Assembly (NCBI GenBank): GCA_040954595.2
Contig: CM082581.2
Location: 9,155,878-9,219,877 of the forward strand
From: Balanoglossus misakiensis
Taxonomy: Eukaryota > Animalia > Hemichordata
Direction: 5' to 3'
DNA: 64,000 bases
Part shown: piece by piece, positions 40,176 through 54,214 of the stretch
Layout of the letters: the number at the start of each line of letters is the position of its first letter
Numbering within the stretch: position 1 is the stretch's first letter
Position numbers and translations under genes: made by a program
The notes under the pieces: generated by a model
What the model was told of the DNA's origin: nothing
The model's input: only the letters and a program-made list of their open reading frames with translations
Database searches by the model: none

Positions 40176-40938
40176 ACCGCCTCAAGTATCATTTCCTGTT
40201 ATGAAAAATGATGTATTCCGATCAATTACTCTCAATGATACGCCCGGTAATTCCGGGCATCGCGTATGTGCGAAACAGTAACGCTCTCTACAATCTCTAC
40301 ACGTATCTGTTACATTTGTCCAAAAGAAGAGTGAATACGGAATGCCATTTCCACGACAGGCGTCATTTTGGAAGAATTATTTGCCAGCAGAACAAGAAGA
40401 CGACCAACAGCGCCAATGGGAGTAAATCTTCCCCAACTGTAAGGTCAAAGCGTCATCTCAACATAATACTCTACATGTATAAGTATAGGTGGCATACAAC
40501 CCCCAAAAGAACAGCCCCATGGGTACACCCCATGCTTTTTAAGCTGAAGAACAATTCGTCGATCATCGTATGGGAGATTTCAACGAGTTCAAACCCACTA
40601 ATCAAAGTGACATTTCGTACAACGTGGAAACGCTGAGATATATTATGTAAATGGTGCAGTACTCGTGGGTGTATATAACGCAGATAACTTGTGTTGGCAA
40701 ACCATTTCCACATTTTGTTGAGTCACCTCTTGAATATATTGTATTATTTTAGAAGAAGTATCATATTTGTGTGTGTATGTGTGTGAGAGAGGGGGAGGGA
40801 GGGGGTAGTATAGTCTTTAATCCATGTAATGTGATATCCTCTTGAAGTAGTCCATGTAATGACTTAATGATGTTTTTAAATCCAAAACGCAGAGTTTTTA
40901 TTTGTTTCTCTTTACAAAATTATCCGTTTAAAAATTGC

Positions 40939-40939
<1 letters not shown>

Positions 40940-40969
<30 letters not shown>

Positions 40970-41266
40970 TGTATGTATGTATGTATGTATGTATGTATGT
41001 ATGTATGTATGTATGTATGTATGTATGTATGTATGTATGTATGTATGTATGTATGTATGTATGTATGTATGTGTTGTGTGTGTGTGTATGTGTGTATGTA
41101 TGTATGTATGTATGTATGTATGTATGTATGTATGTATGTATGTATGTATGTATGTATGTATGTATGTATGTATGTATGTATGTATGTATGTATGTATGTA
41201 TGTATGTATGTATGTATGTATGTATGTATGTATGTATGTATGTATGTATGTATGTATGTATGTATG
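40940..41266. repeat. Long (TATG)n microsatellite with a central (TG)n interruption
   Basis: About 330 bp tandem array. It explains the spurious MYVC/YIHT ORFs. Confidence 0.97.
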
Positions 41267-43657
41267 ACAGAAAGGTTATGTTTGATGGTAGAGATGAATG
41301 AATGAATGTTTGTTGTACAAGTTATATCGTTCATAGCAAGATCAGGTCTCAGGCAGTTCGTCTTTTGATTAAAAATGGGCAGCAAAATTTAAACCGAGAG
41401 GTTAGCGAATGGTGAAGGACGATGCATACACTGTATTCGTCCATTTTCCAGAGTTTTAGCGCAACGGAAGTGAGATTTCGACTCAAAACTGATGCAATGA
41501 CGACGGAACGTGGTTTGTATCTCCTGGATGTTGAATGTTCTCTGAAACACGTAGCTTATACAAAACGTCTTCTCACATGTGCTGTTGATCTGAAAGCGAA
41601 TAAAGAATGCCATGCTCGGTCAGCAAACCACGTGTCTTGTATGTTATTAATCGTAAATAGGCAGGCAGTTGCAATATGACAGTTTGGTTTCATTTACATG
41701 CCAACAAATTCCCGTTAAACAGTTTGACAGTTTTAAACCTCAATTATACACCGTGCCTTGTCGATTGAAAATTTGTACGAGTGGAACGACCATATTGAAC
41801 CGCATAATAGAATTCTAAATAACCGCTTCATATATGTCGCCCTTTATAGACTTTGCGAGTCATTTCAAAGCCCATGTGACAGTCGAATAATTGTGAATTA
41901 CTCGGGTACTGAACGTGTCTACAACACAGCAGGTCCTTCACATCACGAGGCATGCACATTAGCCAGACTTGCAAGACAGCAATATAAGACAGCGAAATAA
42001 TCCATCTCCTGTGGAACACGTGGTTGGTCGAGTTTGTGCGTTTGCCCGCAACGCATGTGCGGAATTTCAGGACCAGAGACCAATTGATCCCTACCGAGTC
42101 AAGTGACCTAATCCAGTAACTGAGTTTGCGGAATTTCCGCTACCAAATAGAGAACAGGAAAGACATTGCCGTAAGGTTGATATTTAAGATGCTCACACCA
42201 TAAGCCCATTTCTTATTAATGGGCGTAAGTCCTGTCCTATAAATTAACCGAGAAAAAAATAAATCCTGGCAAAAAAGAGTGTCAGGTAAGACGCTTGTAC
42301 GTATTTTAATTGGGTAAAACTATGTTATGCCCATTGACTTGTGGTTGATCTACAGAAAACTGACAGCGCTGAGTCGTGATATGAACCTGTCATTATAGGG
42401 TTGAAAATTCACCGCCGCCCACTTACAGATGGCCGGAATCGTCTACGCTTGATTGGTTTCCCTTGATAGTTGAGTAGAAGTGTCTCCAGTCGATTGCTGT
42501 CTGTTGATCTGTACGCGGATCTGGTGACAGTTCAGTTGTCCCTCAACCTGCAGCCCTGGCTTCAACACACAGTTGAAAGATTCAGCAGAGAATGTGACCC
42601 TGTGATCCCTAAAACAATGGTGTTTTCAGGTCAATTATTTAACATGTCAAATACAAGTTATTTAAAAAGCCATATGAGAGACCGACATAAACTGACAACC
42701 TGTTCCGAATTCTGATCTAAATCCGTGCGTTACCAACTGCGTAGGAAACCTTATTAAAATCTGATGTAGGGTACGGCGACGTCTTTTGCTTGCGCTGTGC
42801 GGTATTCTCTTATACTGTCGCCTCACACTACCGCGCATCACATGTAAAAAAACATCACAGTACCCCATTCGTGTTTAAGATTTTATACACAGCACGTACA
42901 CGACTATTATTCCAATGAACATATGGAATTACTTATGGCTACGGCAGTATACCTGCCTTTCATCGGATAATTTCGTGTTATTACTGAAATTACAACACCC
43001 TATACACAGAAAAGAAGGGTTTTCAGAAAACGCAAGTAGCAAGTAGATTGAGACCACCTGAGTCGAAAATAAATAGGGAATAGTTTTTGGTCGCCGTCAC
43101 TTCGTGATGACACTGATGAAATATAAATTAGCTCGAAAACACCTAAGTGAAGGTCAGGTCACTACGACACCAAAAGTGACGATAGTTTGTACATCAGGCA
43201 CCTCGCTGAACATCCGGGCATCGTTCAAAACAGGTCTTGCGTTGTTGTTTCAGGCACAAATGCCTGTTACGCCTTGTTTTTATTTCGCGGTATCTCACGT
43301 ATGCTTCAAAAGGGTCGATTAATGTTGTGGACGAAACGATAGGGTTTAACATTGTATACTCTGGGGTACTTCTGCATTGGCAAGATTTCAAAACTTCACA
43401 GCAGAAAAAAATGCATAGCAAGCAGCTTGGTTTATGGTACATGTAGCCCATCTGTATATGAGTTTGGCATGAAGCCAAGTGGCCGCGAAAGTCACTTGTC
43501 TATATGTCCGTTTAGAGCTCTTGAAACTTTTTTCTGCAGTTATCTCGAATTGTGTTGGTGGTATATACGTGTGTTACTAGTAATTACCACGCAGAACACC
43601 ACATATTTGAATGACCCACGATTTACCCTGAGGTAACCACTCGCCGATGAGAAGAAT

Positions 43658-43827
43658 CACACGCAGGGTACATCACTCTGCTACTGGGCAAAATATTACG
43701 TTCTGGAGCCACCGATTTTCAAGGATTTTTTATTTCTCAACCCGAACGTCCGAAACATCTTGCCAAGGGGCTTTCGAAGGGGTATAAACATAAGAAAATA
43801 TATTGTCACCCTAAGGACTTGCGTGTA
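43658..43827. mobile_element. Putative MITE / non-autonomous DNA-transposon remnant (about 170 bp)
   Basis: The left end cacacgca-gggt-aca matches the reverse complement of the right end (tacacgcaagtccttagggtgaca) if a short deletion in the left TIR is allowed. The interior is non-coding. Only one copy is visible in the window. Confidence 0.35.
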
Positions 43828-46800
43828 ATTACCTCAATCTTGGAACATTGTGGAAAATAGCTCACGTCGGTTAACATGAGAGCTTTTGATTGGACTAGAC
43901 AGATTCACCGAAATTGGCGAAGTTTTGGGTGTGCACAGACTTCCTTAATCATCCCTTACTGTAGTCACCGCGTCTTACTGGCGCAAAACGGGTCAATCTC
44001 AATAAGTGTGAGCATAGTTATCACCATCTACAGTGTGGACAGGATGATTTCAAAGAATGCGCGGCCGAGATAAACACACTTGGGAAACGCCATTACTCAT
44101 TTCTGCGCAGATGCCGCCGTGAAGGATTGAGGTTCATGACTGCAGCGCATTTAATGGATGTCTTAACTCACCACTCGATAACATAGGTTACTCCATATGC
44201 AATCTTTTCATCTTACTTCGGCTGTTGGCATTAATCCACGAAAACCCAAAATAAAACCTCTCCCACGGGAAGAAGGCGAATCAGCCATGCAAGCAATGAC
44301 TATCGTACAGTAAAATTAAATGAATCGTAATGAGACATTCACACATTTGGAATTCAACTTCTCTAATAATCGTTGGGTGTTTTACGCCAACAAAAATGCA
44401 TTAATTTGTAATGATAAAATATACCTATTTTGTATAACTGGACTACGTAGGAAGGAATTGTGTAAACTTTCTCGTTTTTTCATAGTGGATGGTACAACAG
44501 ATGCTGTCTGGGAATTTCGTATTTATTCAGGGCTTCGCGAACAGCAACGATAATACAGCAAAGTAATAAAAACATTGTAGAATGTTTAATTTCAATCGGA
44601 GAAACTCAAGGGAAACGCGTCCCCATCTGGATACGCTGTAAACACAAGATTGGGTTTTTTATTTCCATAGAAATGGTTTATTAATTTGGGGATAACAATA
44701 CGGCATCCTCGCCAAAATATCCATGTATCGCCAAAAGATTGATCTGATTGCCGATTCAAATTACAAGGGGCGTCCTTTACTGGGGGACGCAACCTCACTA
44801 TAATTATGAGCGCGCATAACTTGCGGCAACACTAAAAGAAAATGCCAATTACTGTATCGGCAAAGAGGTTTGAAGCGGGATGGAATTGCAAGTCGTTTTC
44901 ACCACGTTTAGAAAATGCACTACTTTCATTTGTGTGTTCAAATGGGAAGATTTAATTTTTTTCATAACAGGGTTCGGTTCTCGAGATGGTTTTGTTGCGG
45001 ATTGTGAAAGACGGAGTGTGACGTTATTGGAACGTATCGCCGATGACGTCAACCGAACGGCGGTAATTACAGCTTGATTTGGCGGGACAGTAAAGTAAAA
45101 GAGACACGTCTGTAGAGAGGCGTATCGTTAGTTTCTTTGTCAGTTTGATGAAACGCAAATTGCCATTGCGCAAGAAAGGAGTTTCTGCTTATGTGCCTGC
45201 AAACTGAAGTGTTTTCACATTGAGAGACACTAGGCGAACTACTTGTCTCACCGTGTGTCAAATCCCCCGAACGTATCCATGTCTGAAACCAATCACCCAA
45301 CGCAGCTCAGTATATAGTCGCTGTCTGTCGCGACAGTATACGTTTCAACTCTGACAAGCGGGCTGTTGCAAAGCGCAGATTGTTTTAACTGATTTTCTAG
45401 GTCGCCCCGGCGGGTTGTGTCCCTATATGCAGCAGGTGAAGCATTTAATAATGAGCAGTGATGGTTTAACACGCAGTAGTACAACGTTTTAATTCAAAGA
45501 AATGATAGTGGAGATGCTTCCACTTCGCAACGGCTCGTCGATTAGCTTGAAACCACTTGCATTTGCAGGCCCGTTAATGCTTATATGTAGGTGTCAACAT
45601 CTATATTGTGGTAGTGGAATCTTGGCAAGCTGTGTACACTGACGTGTAAAAATGTTGACCGTCGTCATGACACTGGGAAATCTTTTTAAAGGTCACGGGA
45701 AGTTTTCATTATTATGTTAAATATCTCCACGATTGAAAACAAGAAGACGAAATCTTATATTCTACATATAAGGCTAGCTTGCATTGCATGCAATGACGTG
45801 ATGAGTTGGAAGAAATACGCAATGAAATCCGTAATAGACAAAATGACGTTGCTCTAACCGTGTCTTTTTTAATTGAATGGCACATTTCGCGCACAGTGAC
45901 CTGCTCCAATTTCATAATTCAACACTATCATCCTAATTTTGGCAATAAATCTTCCAAGAGCACTCCAATTACATGAAAGGTGTCTTTTGTGTTAAACACG
46001 CACAGGCCTATACCGACGACCCACACACATTGCTTCCGTATTACACCTGGGTTTTAGATTTGTTTGTAGAGCTCAGCGCTTGAAGTCCAACTGAAATAAC
46101 ACGAAAGGGGACCGTTCATGTTCATGCATGTATACATACATTTCACAATCATATTTTGTTGGTTGCATATTAACGCATGTCTTCTGCTGACATAAGCAAG
46201 TATTAGAGTGAATGTTGAAATTTACGAATTCCGTGGGCAAGACAAATTGTATCGTCCCGACCCTTTCCTCAAGATAAATCTCCACGCCAAGTGAGCGTTG
46301 TATGAAATAGATGTGAAATATGTATGTGAAAGTAGGTTTTTGCAAATGGTATTTGATTCTCCTGGGGGTTCAAGTACATTGAGCCCGTCGTAGAAAGTGG
46401 AAATGACGAGATATTGAGCGGCCGGCGAAAATAGGCGACGTGCTGAGTGAAATTTAAAGAGGGGATTGTAAAGTCTGTATTACGGCGAAATTGGATTGAA
46501 AATTACTTCCATCATATTAACAAAATGTATACGGTGGTAAATTAGTTATTAGTGGTATCAATTTCGGAAACATCTTTATATGCACGAACCGAAGGCAGTA
46601 TCACCTGCTCTGGTTAATAGTGTTGGCATACATGTATATTATATTTACTTTGTTTTGAGGTACATGTAAGTAGTTCAAAGGAGAAAATCAACATAATGTA
46701 AGGTTTAGACTCGCTTTTTTGTATAAATTCATTATTTATATTCATATACAGCTAAGCAGAAAACTGACCGCGTTGCGCAGATGAACTGTGTTGACTCTAA

Positions 46801-49800
46801 CATAAGCCGAACGCAAGTAAGTAAAACTAAATTTCAACCGCGCATTACTGTAACAGTTATCTTGTTCTCAACTTAACTTCTAGCTCATTGTGGTGACCAA
46901 AGCTTTACTTTTCCATTGCAAGTGCAGTTTTGAATCCCACACGAGCTCTTGTTTACAGCTATACTATTTGCAGTGTTAATCCTATGTTTTCAATTCAAAG
47001 TTTCATCCTGTTGATTCATTTGCATTTAGATGGACCTGGCAGACAACCTATATCTTCTTCAATGTCCCCCTTTTTATAGGAACTATCTAAAAGAAATTGT
47101 GTACATGTGGGAAGATTTTCAGGCCGACAGTTTGAGCTTTCAAATGTGTGGCATGCAACATGCAGACAGTCACGTCGTCATGTCAGAGAGCACGTTTATT
47201 TTATCGCTTCAACGGAATAACACTCAAAGCTATTTTGAAATTTGTCGCACCACTACGTCGCGCTGTTTCATCATTATCTCAAAATATTACTTTGTGCGGG
47301 TAACTGCTGTTTTCGTCGTCGATTAAAAGGTTACTGTTCATTTATTTTGACTGTTGCCAAAAGCTTGTTATGTCCTGCGCTGGACGTGTGTGCGTTCATT
47401 GGATATAGAATAATGCGCTGTCCGCTTGACCAGAGCTAGTGAACACAAGCAACTTGCAACTGGTGTAATGAATGGTATCTCAAGAAATACAATTCACGTG
47501 GGCATGATAATTATAAAGACCGCCATTGTACATGTGCTAAAAACTGAACCAGTCAGAAATACGTGCTGAGTATCATGCTACTCATTCAAATGATCTTTTA
47601 TTAGTCTGTGGTTAGCATATTTAATGCTACGAGATTGCTTGGGGATTATACCTCGATTGTATATGTTTTAAACGATGAAGCGGTGACTAGAAGACCCCAA
47701 AGATCTCATTTCTTTCATGATTTACGGGAGCCACTTTTTATTATAATGATAATGGTGGTGGAGATTACAAAACAGAAGCATTTGTAGATAGTGTTCGATT
47801 TTATAGCGCCGATACGTGACGTAAACCGCACGTAAACTTTTAGGAGGTTTATGGTATGATTTAATACCGATCAGAATGAACCTCGCATTTACCCGAAATA
47901 CTCTTTGGTGCTTGCAAGTCTTCCAACACTTGCTTGAATTTCAGTCTCTGACAGATGCTTAGTTGTTAATTCCTGACATAAAACACATGATAGCAAGATT
48001 TTGAACTTTGTCCGACGACTATAAACGGTATACGCCTAAGGCATGATCTATACGATTTTCTTGGGTTTCTGCGATCAGTTGGTCGAAGTAGAATCATTTT
48101 GGTTTCTCGGGGGCCGCAGGGTTGGAATTTTATCCTTATCGTATGCATTCAGTGGCAATGTCCCAGAGGTTTCATGTGTTGTATAGTCTGATCCAGTGAC
48201 GTCATTCTCTTGTTGAAGTAGGCAGTAAACTTGCATGATTTCTGGCATACGGTTCAAGTTACACATATGCCCTATTACAGAGCATTTCAAGAATATCGGA
48301 CAAGAGACTTGCAAACGAGATTCGCTGCAGTATTATCTCAGTAATCCCGCGTGGAAGGATCGATTCCTTATAGCCCCATGCATGAGCTGCTACTTTCATC
48401 AATATTCTTCAGTGTTCTCCTTATCCTCAGCCGACGGGCGACACCATTTTGAATTTGCGAAGATTCTAATGCGCATGTGCGTTTACCACGACAGTTGTCT
48501 TGCAATCACGGGGAGGCCAACTGAACGGGTGTGGCACCCGTTTATTATACAACTCGTACCACGTAAAGAGACAACGTTTTCTCCATTTCTGAAAATTAGT
48601 CAATTCTGTATCATTCAGCAAAGCTAGTTGAGACGGGACCACTTCAAATTTATCATCATTAAATTTGATGCGACACACAGAGTGTACTCATGAAATGCTC
48701 CCCGCGTTACCACCATTCACAGTCAAGTAATCAGCGTCAAATCATTAGCGAATCTTACGGATAAGGATGGTGTTTACCAGACCGTCATTTAGTAACACTC
48801 GTGTGGCAGTTATGATTTGCCGCTCGTTTTGAACTTTGCCATTAAAAATTGGGTCTCAAAATCGCCAAGGGGACTGCTATTCCTTCCTAAATTTTAATTT
48901 ATAAAATTAAACCAGCACGTTCCAATAACTGGAGCAAAATGTTCTACATATGTGTAAGCCCTAATATTCGGGCTTGTTTTCATAGCAAGAAGGTGAACAA
49001 ACTACCTTTGAAAATATCTGGAGTGAGTCGTACTTTCTTTGACCTTGGCAACATATTCCTTCAGATACTCGGAGCACTTGTTGATTTGAAATTAAAAAAC
49101 AAAAACAAATAAATCTTCCGACTTGAGTAAATCGCACTTGCGAGGGAATTCCGCAGCAAAATACGTATTTTCAGATAACATTGCTGATAACCCGTAACCC
49201 GGATTCTCTAAAAACTAAAGGAGATAAGTGCGATTGACAAAGCCACATGCGCCAAATAACCACAAAACCACAAAACACTGAAACCCTATGCAAGTTCCTT
49301 TCCATGCACCAAAATATGTCGTGATAATTACAACGAATATAGACGCAAGACGTACAACACTCAGCCGACGTCCAAATAGCATAAGTATTAAAATATAGGC
49401 GAAACTTCTTGTTTATATTCAAAATGATCAGGAAAATGGAAATATCACAGGCCGGTGCATACATCTATACATTTGACCAAAAGAATTCAGCTGCTGTGCT
49501 GAGACATGCCTGTTGTGGTGAGACACGTACACGTAGGCATTTATCGAATCTCACCAAAACAGTTAAATCTTTTATGTCTAGCCACAAACGGACATTTACC
49601 AACGGAACAGTGACGCCCGTGCTCCAAATGAGCTTGTCTTTAAGGCGAGGAAATGCAAGCTAATTTGGAAAGTGTAGTTTAGAAACTCGAAGAAAAAAGA
49701 GTCCATTTCTTTGAAGAATCTCTGTCCGCGAGGAAATAGACGTAAGACACGGACTGCATCTCAATAAGCTTTGGAATGTTATGTTCGTAAATTTCTATTG

Positions 49801-52800
49801 ACTCGTTACAGGTTTTGATCACCCAGTCGTAATCACTAGAGTACGTGGTGTAACTCTCAATTTTCTTGAGGAACACAAGACAGTCATTAATCCACCACTT
49901 CCAACTGAGGTTCTGGTACCATGACGACAGTGTGGTCATCTGACGCATACTGTTTTTATTTATAGATTTAATTTTTTGATTGATACAAGACAGAAGTTAA
50001 ACACAACAGAGATGGTATAACAATGAAGATCAACATAAGGCTCTCTCTCTCTATCGTCGTCTTACCCTCTCCTTAGACGTGAGTTCTTGATGTCAAGAAC
50101 AAGTAATCTAGGTGCACCTAACTCCTATACTGAACGTTGGAATGGAAATGCTTCCTCGGGTGGCAATCTGAGGCTTTCTCGTAATCAGATACGATGTAAT
50201 GATATCTTCCTCAAGGATTTGAATCAGCAGTGTTGTTCACTTTACATATCACCAATTCACGATCTGGAGAATTCGCATTGCAGGAAGTTCTTGAATGAAG
50301 AAGACCTATATAAATGTCACGGAAATAAACATAATTTTTTTTCGTCAGACGTTGATAAGATTATGTTAGTCTCAAGGTCGTGTCTGAAGATGAGTGAATA
50401 CACCTAACGTTTCACGAGATGCGGTTCTTTGTATATCGACGCTTTCAAAAACCTGCACGTTTATGTCAGTGATAAAGAGATTCCAAGAGCTTGGGGTGTC
50501 TCCGTCCCACAGAGATCACCTGCATTGAAATTCAGAGACATTACATTGTCTGTTATATATCATTAGGTCAGTCTCTCCAAAACGGTACGATCATGTATAT
50601 GTATGTGATGTTTATAGGGTGTGGAAATTCAGCAGCTGCGGTTTGTCGTGGGTCTTTGCTGTTGCTGAGTGTGGCTGTACATCAACAATTACTCTCAGGT
50701 TTTTTCTCTGCGTGCTGTCCGACAAAATACGCGCGGATTCTAATGGTATTTGACCCATCTAACGAGAATTATTTGCAATAATAAATGGACGCATCATGAA
50801 ATGCGAAATGTTTAACCTTGACGTCAAGCAATATTCCACTTAGGCCTATTTATAATCCGTCTTTTATTCTCGTGTTATAAGTTTTAAATGACCAAATATT
50901 TTACATAAAAATCAAACATGACATGTATACTTTATTTATATACAAAGATTGTGTTCAGACGCAATTATCTTAAAAACCGGTTTGGCTATTATCCATTAAA
51001 TCATTATTAGTATAATTCAATCTTCACATTTCTGTGCCACCGAGACAAATACACCCTTAGCGTATGAGCAGCTATGGTCCAATTTGTTTTGCCGGCATTA
51101 TACAGCGATGTCAAGATATGGGAATAAAACTCCAACAGAGTAATCTTCCACCGCATGGAAAAAAATCCGAACTTTGCTCCGCTCGTCTCTAGCTCATCAC
51201 GTGAAGTCCTCGAGTGATGTTTAAAGCTGGGCATTCCGCGCACGTGCGAGAGAAACAGCGGCGGATGAACACCAGGCATGTGAAAATACCGGCTGTTTAA
51301 TATGACAAAATCGTTGAGCTACCAGTATTAAATCCCGGTCAAGTTCCCTGAAGACTAATTATAAACATGTTATTGGAAGGTATAACCTGTTTACGTTATG
51401 TAGCCCTGAACTTCATTGAAGCGAGGTGAACTCGCAGAACTTGAATCTCAATGCATTATTCAACTCGAAAACGGAGCTATTGGTTTCAGTTTCGTCCGCG
51501 AGCATGTATATATACACAAGGCTATTTAATATCTTGCACTAGGTGCGGAGTTCTGGGTTGTATGGGTTTATAAGAGCGCTGTACTCGCATCTTCAAAATC
51601 AGCAACATGATCTACAACAGTTTCCTCTCTACTAATCCGACCACAAAATAAATCGAGTTATTATCGATATTAAAGGGTTCGGTGGTGATCGGTAGAATCA
51701 ACAACTGTGGTGTCTCTTTTGCGTCTACTCAGCTGCCAGAAACGTCGTCGAATTCAGGAGATCGCGTCAACGACCTGCAATATTTTTCATGCAGGAAAAT
51801 TCTAAGGTCGGCTGCTGCATCAATTACAGGGTTGATGTATATTGAAAATTGGATATGCCCACTCGCTTACTATTTACATCATTTCTGCGGACGTTCTCTG
51901 AGGCGCACATTGCGTTTGTTACAAGCATGGCGTTTTCCTGCATTCCCTAGAAATTAGTGGAGAAAGTAGACCGATGATTACTGAAGCGAGGGCCAACACG
52001 TGATTGTGAATACAAAACATATCGGCAACTGTCCCGCGGCGCCATCGCAGAGGCAGACATCTCCCTTTTAATTTTGTTTAATCAGATGTTTCTCCCCCGA
52101 CAAGTAGAAAACGTTTGAGAGACATTAAATAAAACATTGCCGGAACAGCGCCTGTGTGCGCCGAGCCAGGAGACCATTTTCCCCCTTCTTATACGTTACA
52201 TGATCGCTTGGCCTCTGGCACAGGTGAGTTCAGCTTGCAAGTAGCGTGCCGTTGACTTCGCCAGTAGAATTCGTGCGATGCCTGACCGTAACGCGACTAT
52301 TTTCAAGGTGAAGTAAATGTTATTTAATGTTGCGTTATTGCCAACTAACTACTGTCCCAATGACTAAGGTCATGGCATAAACTGAGATGGAATTGCATAG
52401 CAAAGCATAGCACGGATCAACATAGCAACGCATATCATAGAAACACGATAAATTAATACCCTGATTAATGGGTCTTTTGATAAATGAGCAAAAACTAAAT
52501 TCTGTCTGACTGTTTATTTTTTGAAAATTTAAATAATATACCTAGCTACTATATTCGACTTTCGGGTGATACATTGTCACACTAGGATGCCACGTCAGTA
52601 TTTTTTCAACACCAACTCTTACTTTGGATTTCATACGAATTGCCGGCAACAAGCAGACGAAAACACCAATCCCACTATTACGAATGAAACGAGTTTGTCT
52701 AGTGTGAAGGGTTTTACGCACGGCGGTGTTGCAGGCCAAAAACAGTAGGAATTGATCGCCCCATCAGCACGAGTCCGTTTTTTTTGCCGAATGGTGCCAT

Positions 52801-53267
52801 TTAATATCCCACAGAATAATCACCTACTTACAAAACCAACAAAGATGGCCTCGTTATAGCGTCGACGTCATGCCTCTTGCCAATGAAGCAAAGCTGACGT
52901 ATTGCGCACAGAGTTCGTCCCGCTGTGCGAGGACGACATTTTCGATAACGAAAACGTGTTTCCATGGAATAAAAATGGGACATTCTTGTGGCGACTCCCT
53001 GGGAACTTAGCAGCACGTCAAACCGAATATCTGGGAAATAACAAAGCCATATCATCAAATAGTTTAGACCCAAAGGATAGTAGAATCCATTCAGGAAGCA
53101 CATAATAAAAGATATGAATTGGAAGATATCTCATGCAACACCTTTTATCTCTTGTACGTGTCTGAATGGCTTGTTCTATATATAATGCCTTCTGCGAACA
53201 ACAACATTGAGATAGCTACGAGTCCCATTCCTTTCTAAGTTCATGCCAGTTGAAATTCTCAAGAAAT

Positions 53268-53335
53268 TGTATGTATGTATGTATGTATGTATGTATGTAT
53301 GTATGTATGTATGTATGTATGTATGTATGTGTATG
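53268..53335. repeat. (TATG)n microsatellite
   Basis: Direct reading. Confidence 0.95.
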
Positions 53336-54080
53336 ACACTTTCAACTTGAAAATAATTCAGATATTTCATTAGATCTTTTATTTTCAGCTATCCTCTGGC
53401 TACAAAAACCAATCGATTGCACGCAGTCAATAAATTGTAGAATTCCAAGAAACGTATAGCCTCGTCAGTCAGAGATAGAAGATAATTATAGTACATTCAC
53501 ATCACCCGGAAACTTTCATTGGCATCTGTTCATTCCTATCAATGGAAATGGCATCTCCTTGTCTTGCAGTAAACAGAACTACCGTGCTTCGGCAGGTGTT
53601 ACTACATGCAATTACAAAATGACGTCGAGATTACACTCCACCAAATTATACTTCGGATTTTATGATTCTCGTAATCAAGATGGAATGTTTCCCTTCTACG
53701 CTGTGAGACCAGACATCGTTCTCGCTTGATTACACATGGAAGTGCATTTCCGATTCCCCTGCGCGCCATTTATTGTTATCGGTAGTAATATTTCCATCGA
53801 GCTGAACAAAAATTGATTTCGAATTAGAAACATCAGTATGTCAGACATGTACGACAGGTTGTGCATTTGCCCTCAGACGACTTAAGTCACAAGGCTGCCG
53901 ACGGGAACAATTTAGTTGTCTGAGACTCTCAGTAACGCATGGACTGAAAAAAGTCTAGGTCCATTGAAAATATGCAGGAACTATTTGATGATGCACAACT
54001 GAGGAAAATTATACTTGTCACGCTCTGACAGCTGCTGACAATTTACTACACATGTCAGATGATTTTATCATCACATGCAT

Positions 54081-54214
54081 AGTACAGTACAGTACAGTAC
54101 AGTACAGTACAGTACAGTACAGTACAGTACTGTACAGTACAGTACAGTACAGTACAGTACAGTACAGTGCAGTACACTACAGTACACTATACTACACTAC
54201 AGTGCATACAGTAC
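54081..54214. repeat. (AGTAC)n pentanucleotide repeat, degenerating to ACTAC at the 3' end
   Basis: Tandem agtacagtac... It explains the 'VQYST' ORF. Confidence 0.93.

Noticed and set aside
40867-41385. Repetitive-peptide ORFs (MYVC / YIHT; also VQYST, SIHP, TDRQ, HSFI elsewhere)
   Set aside because: They are translations of microsatellites.
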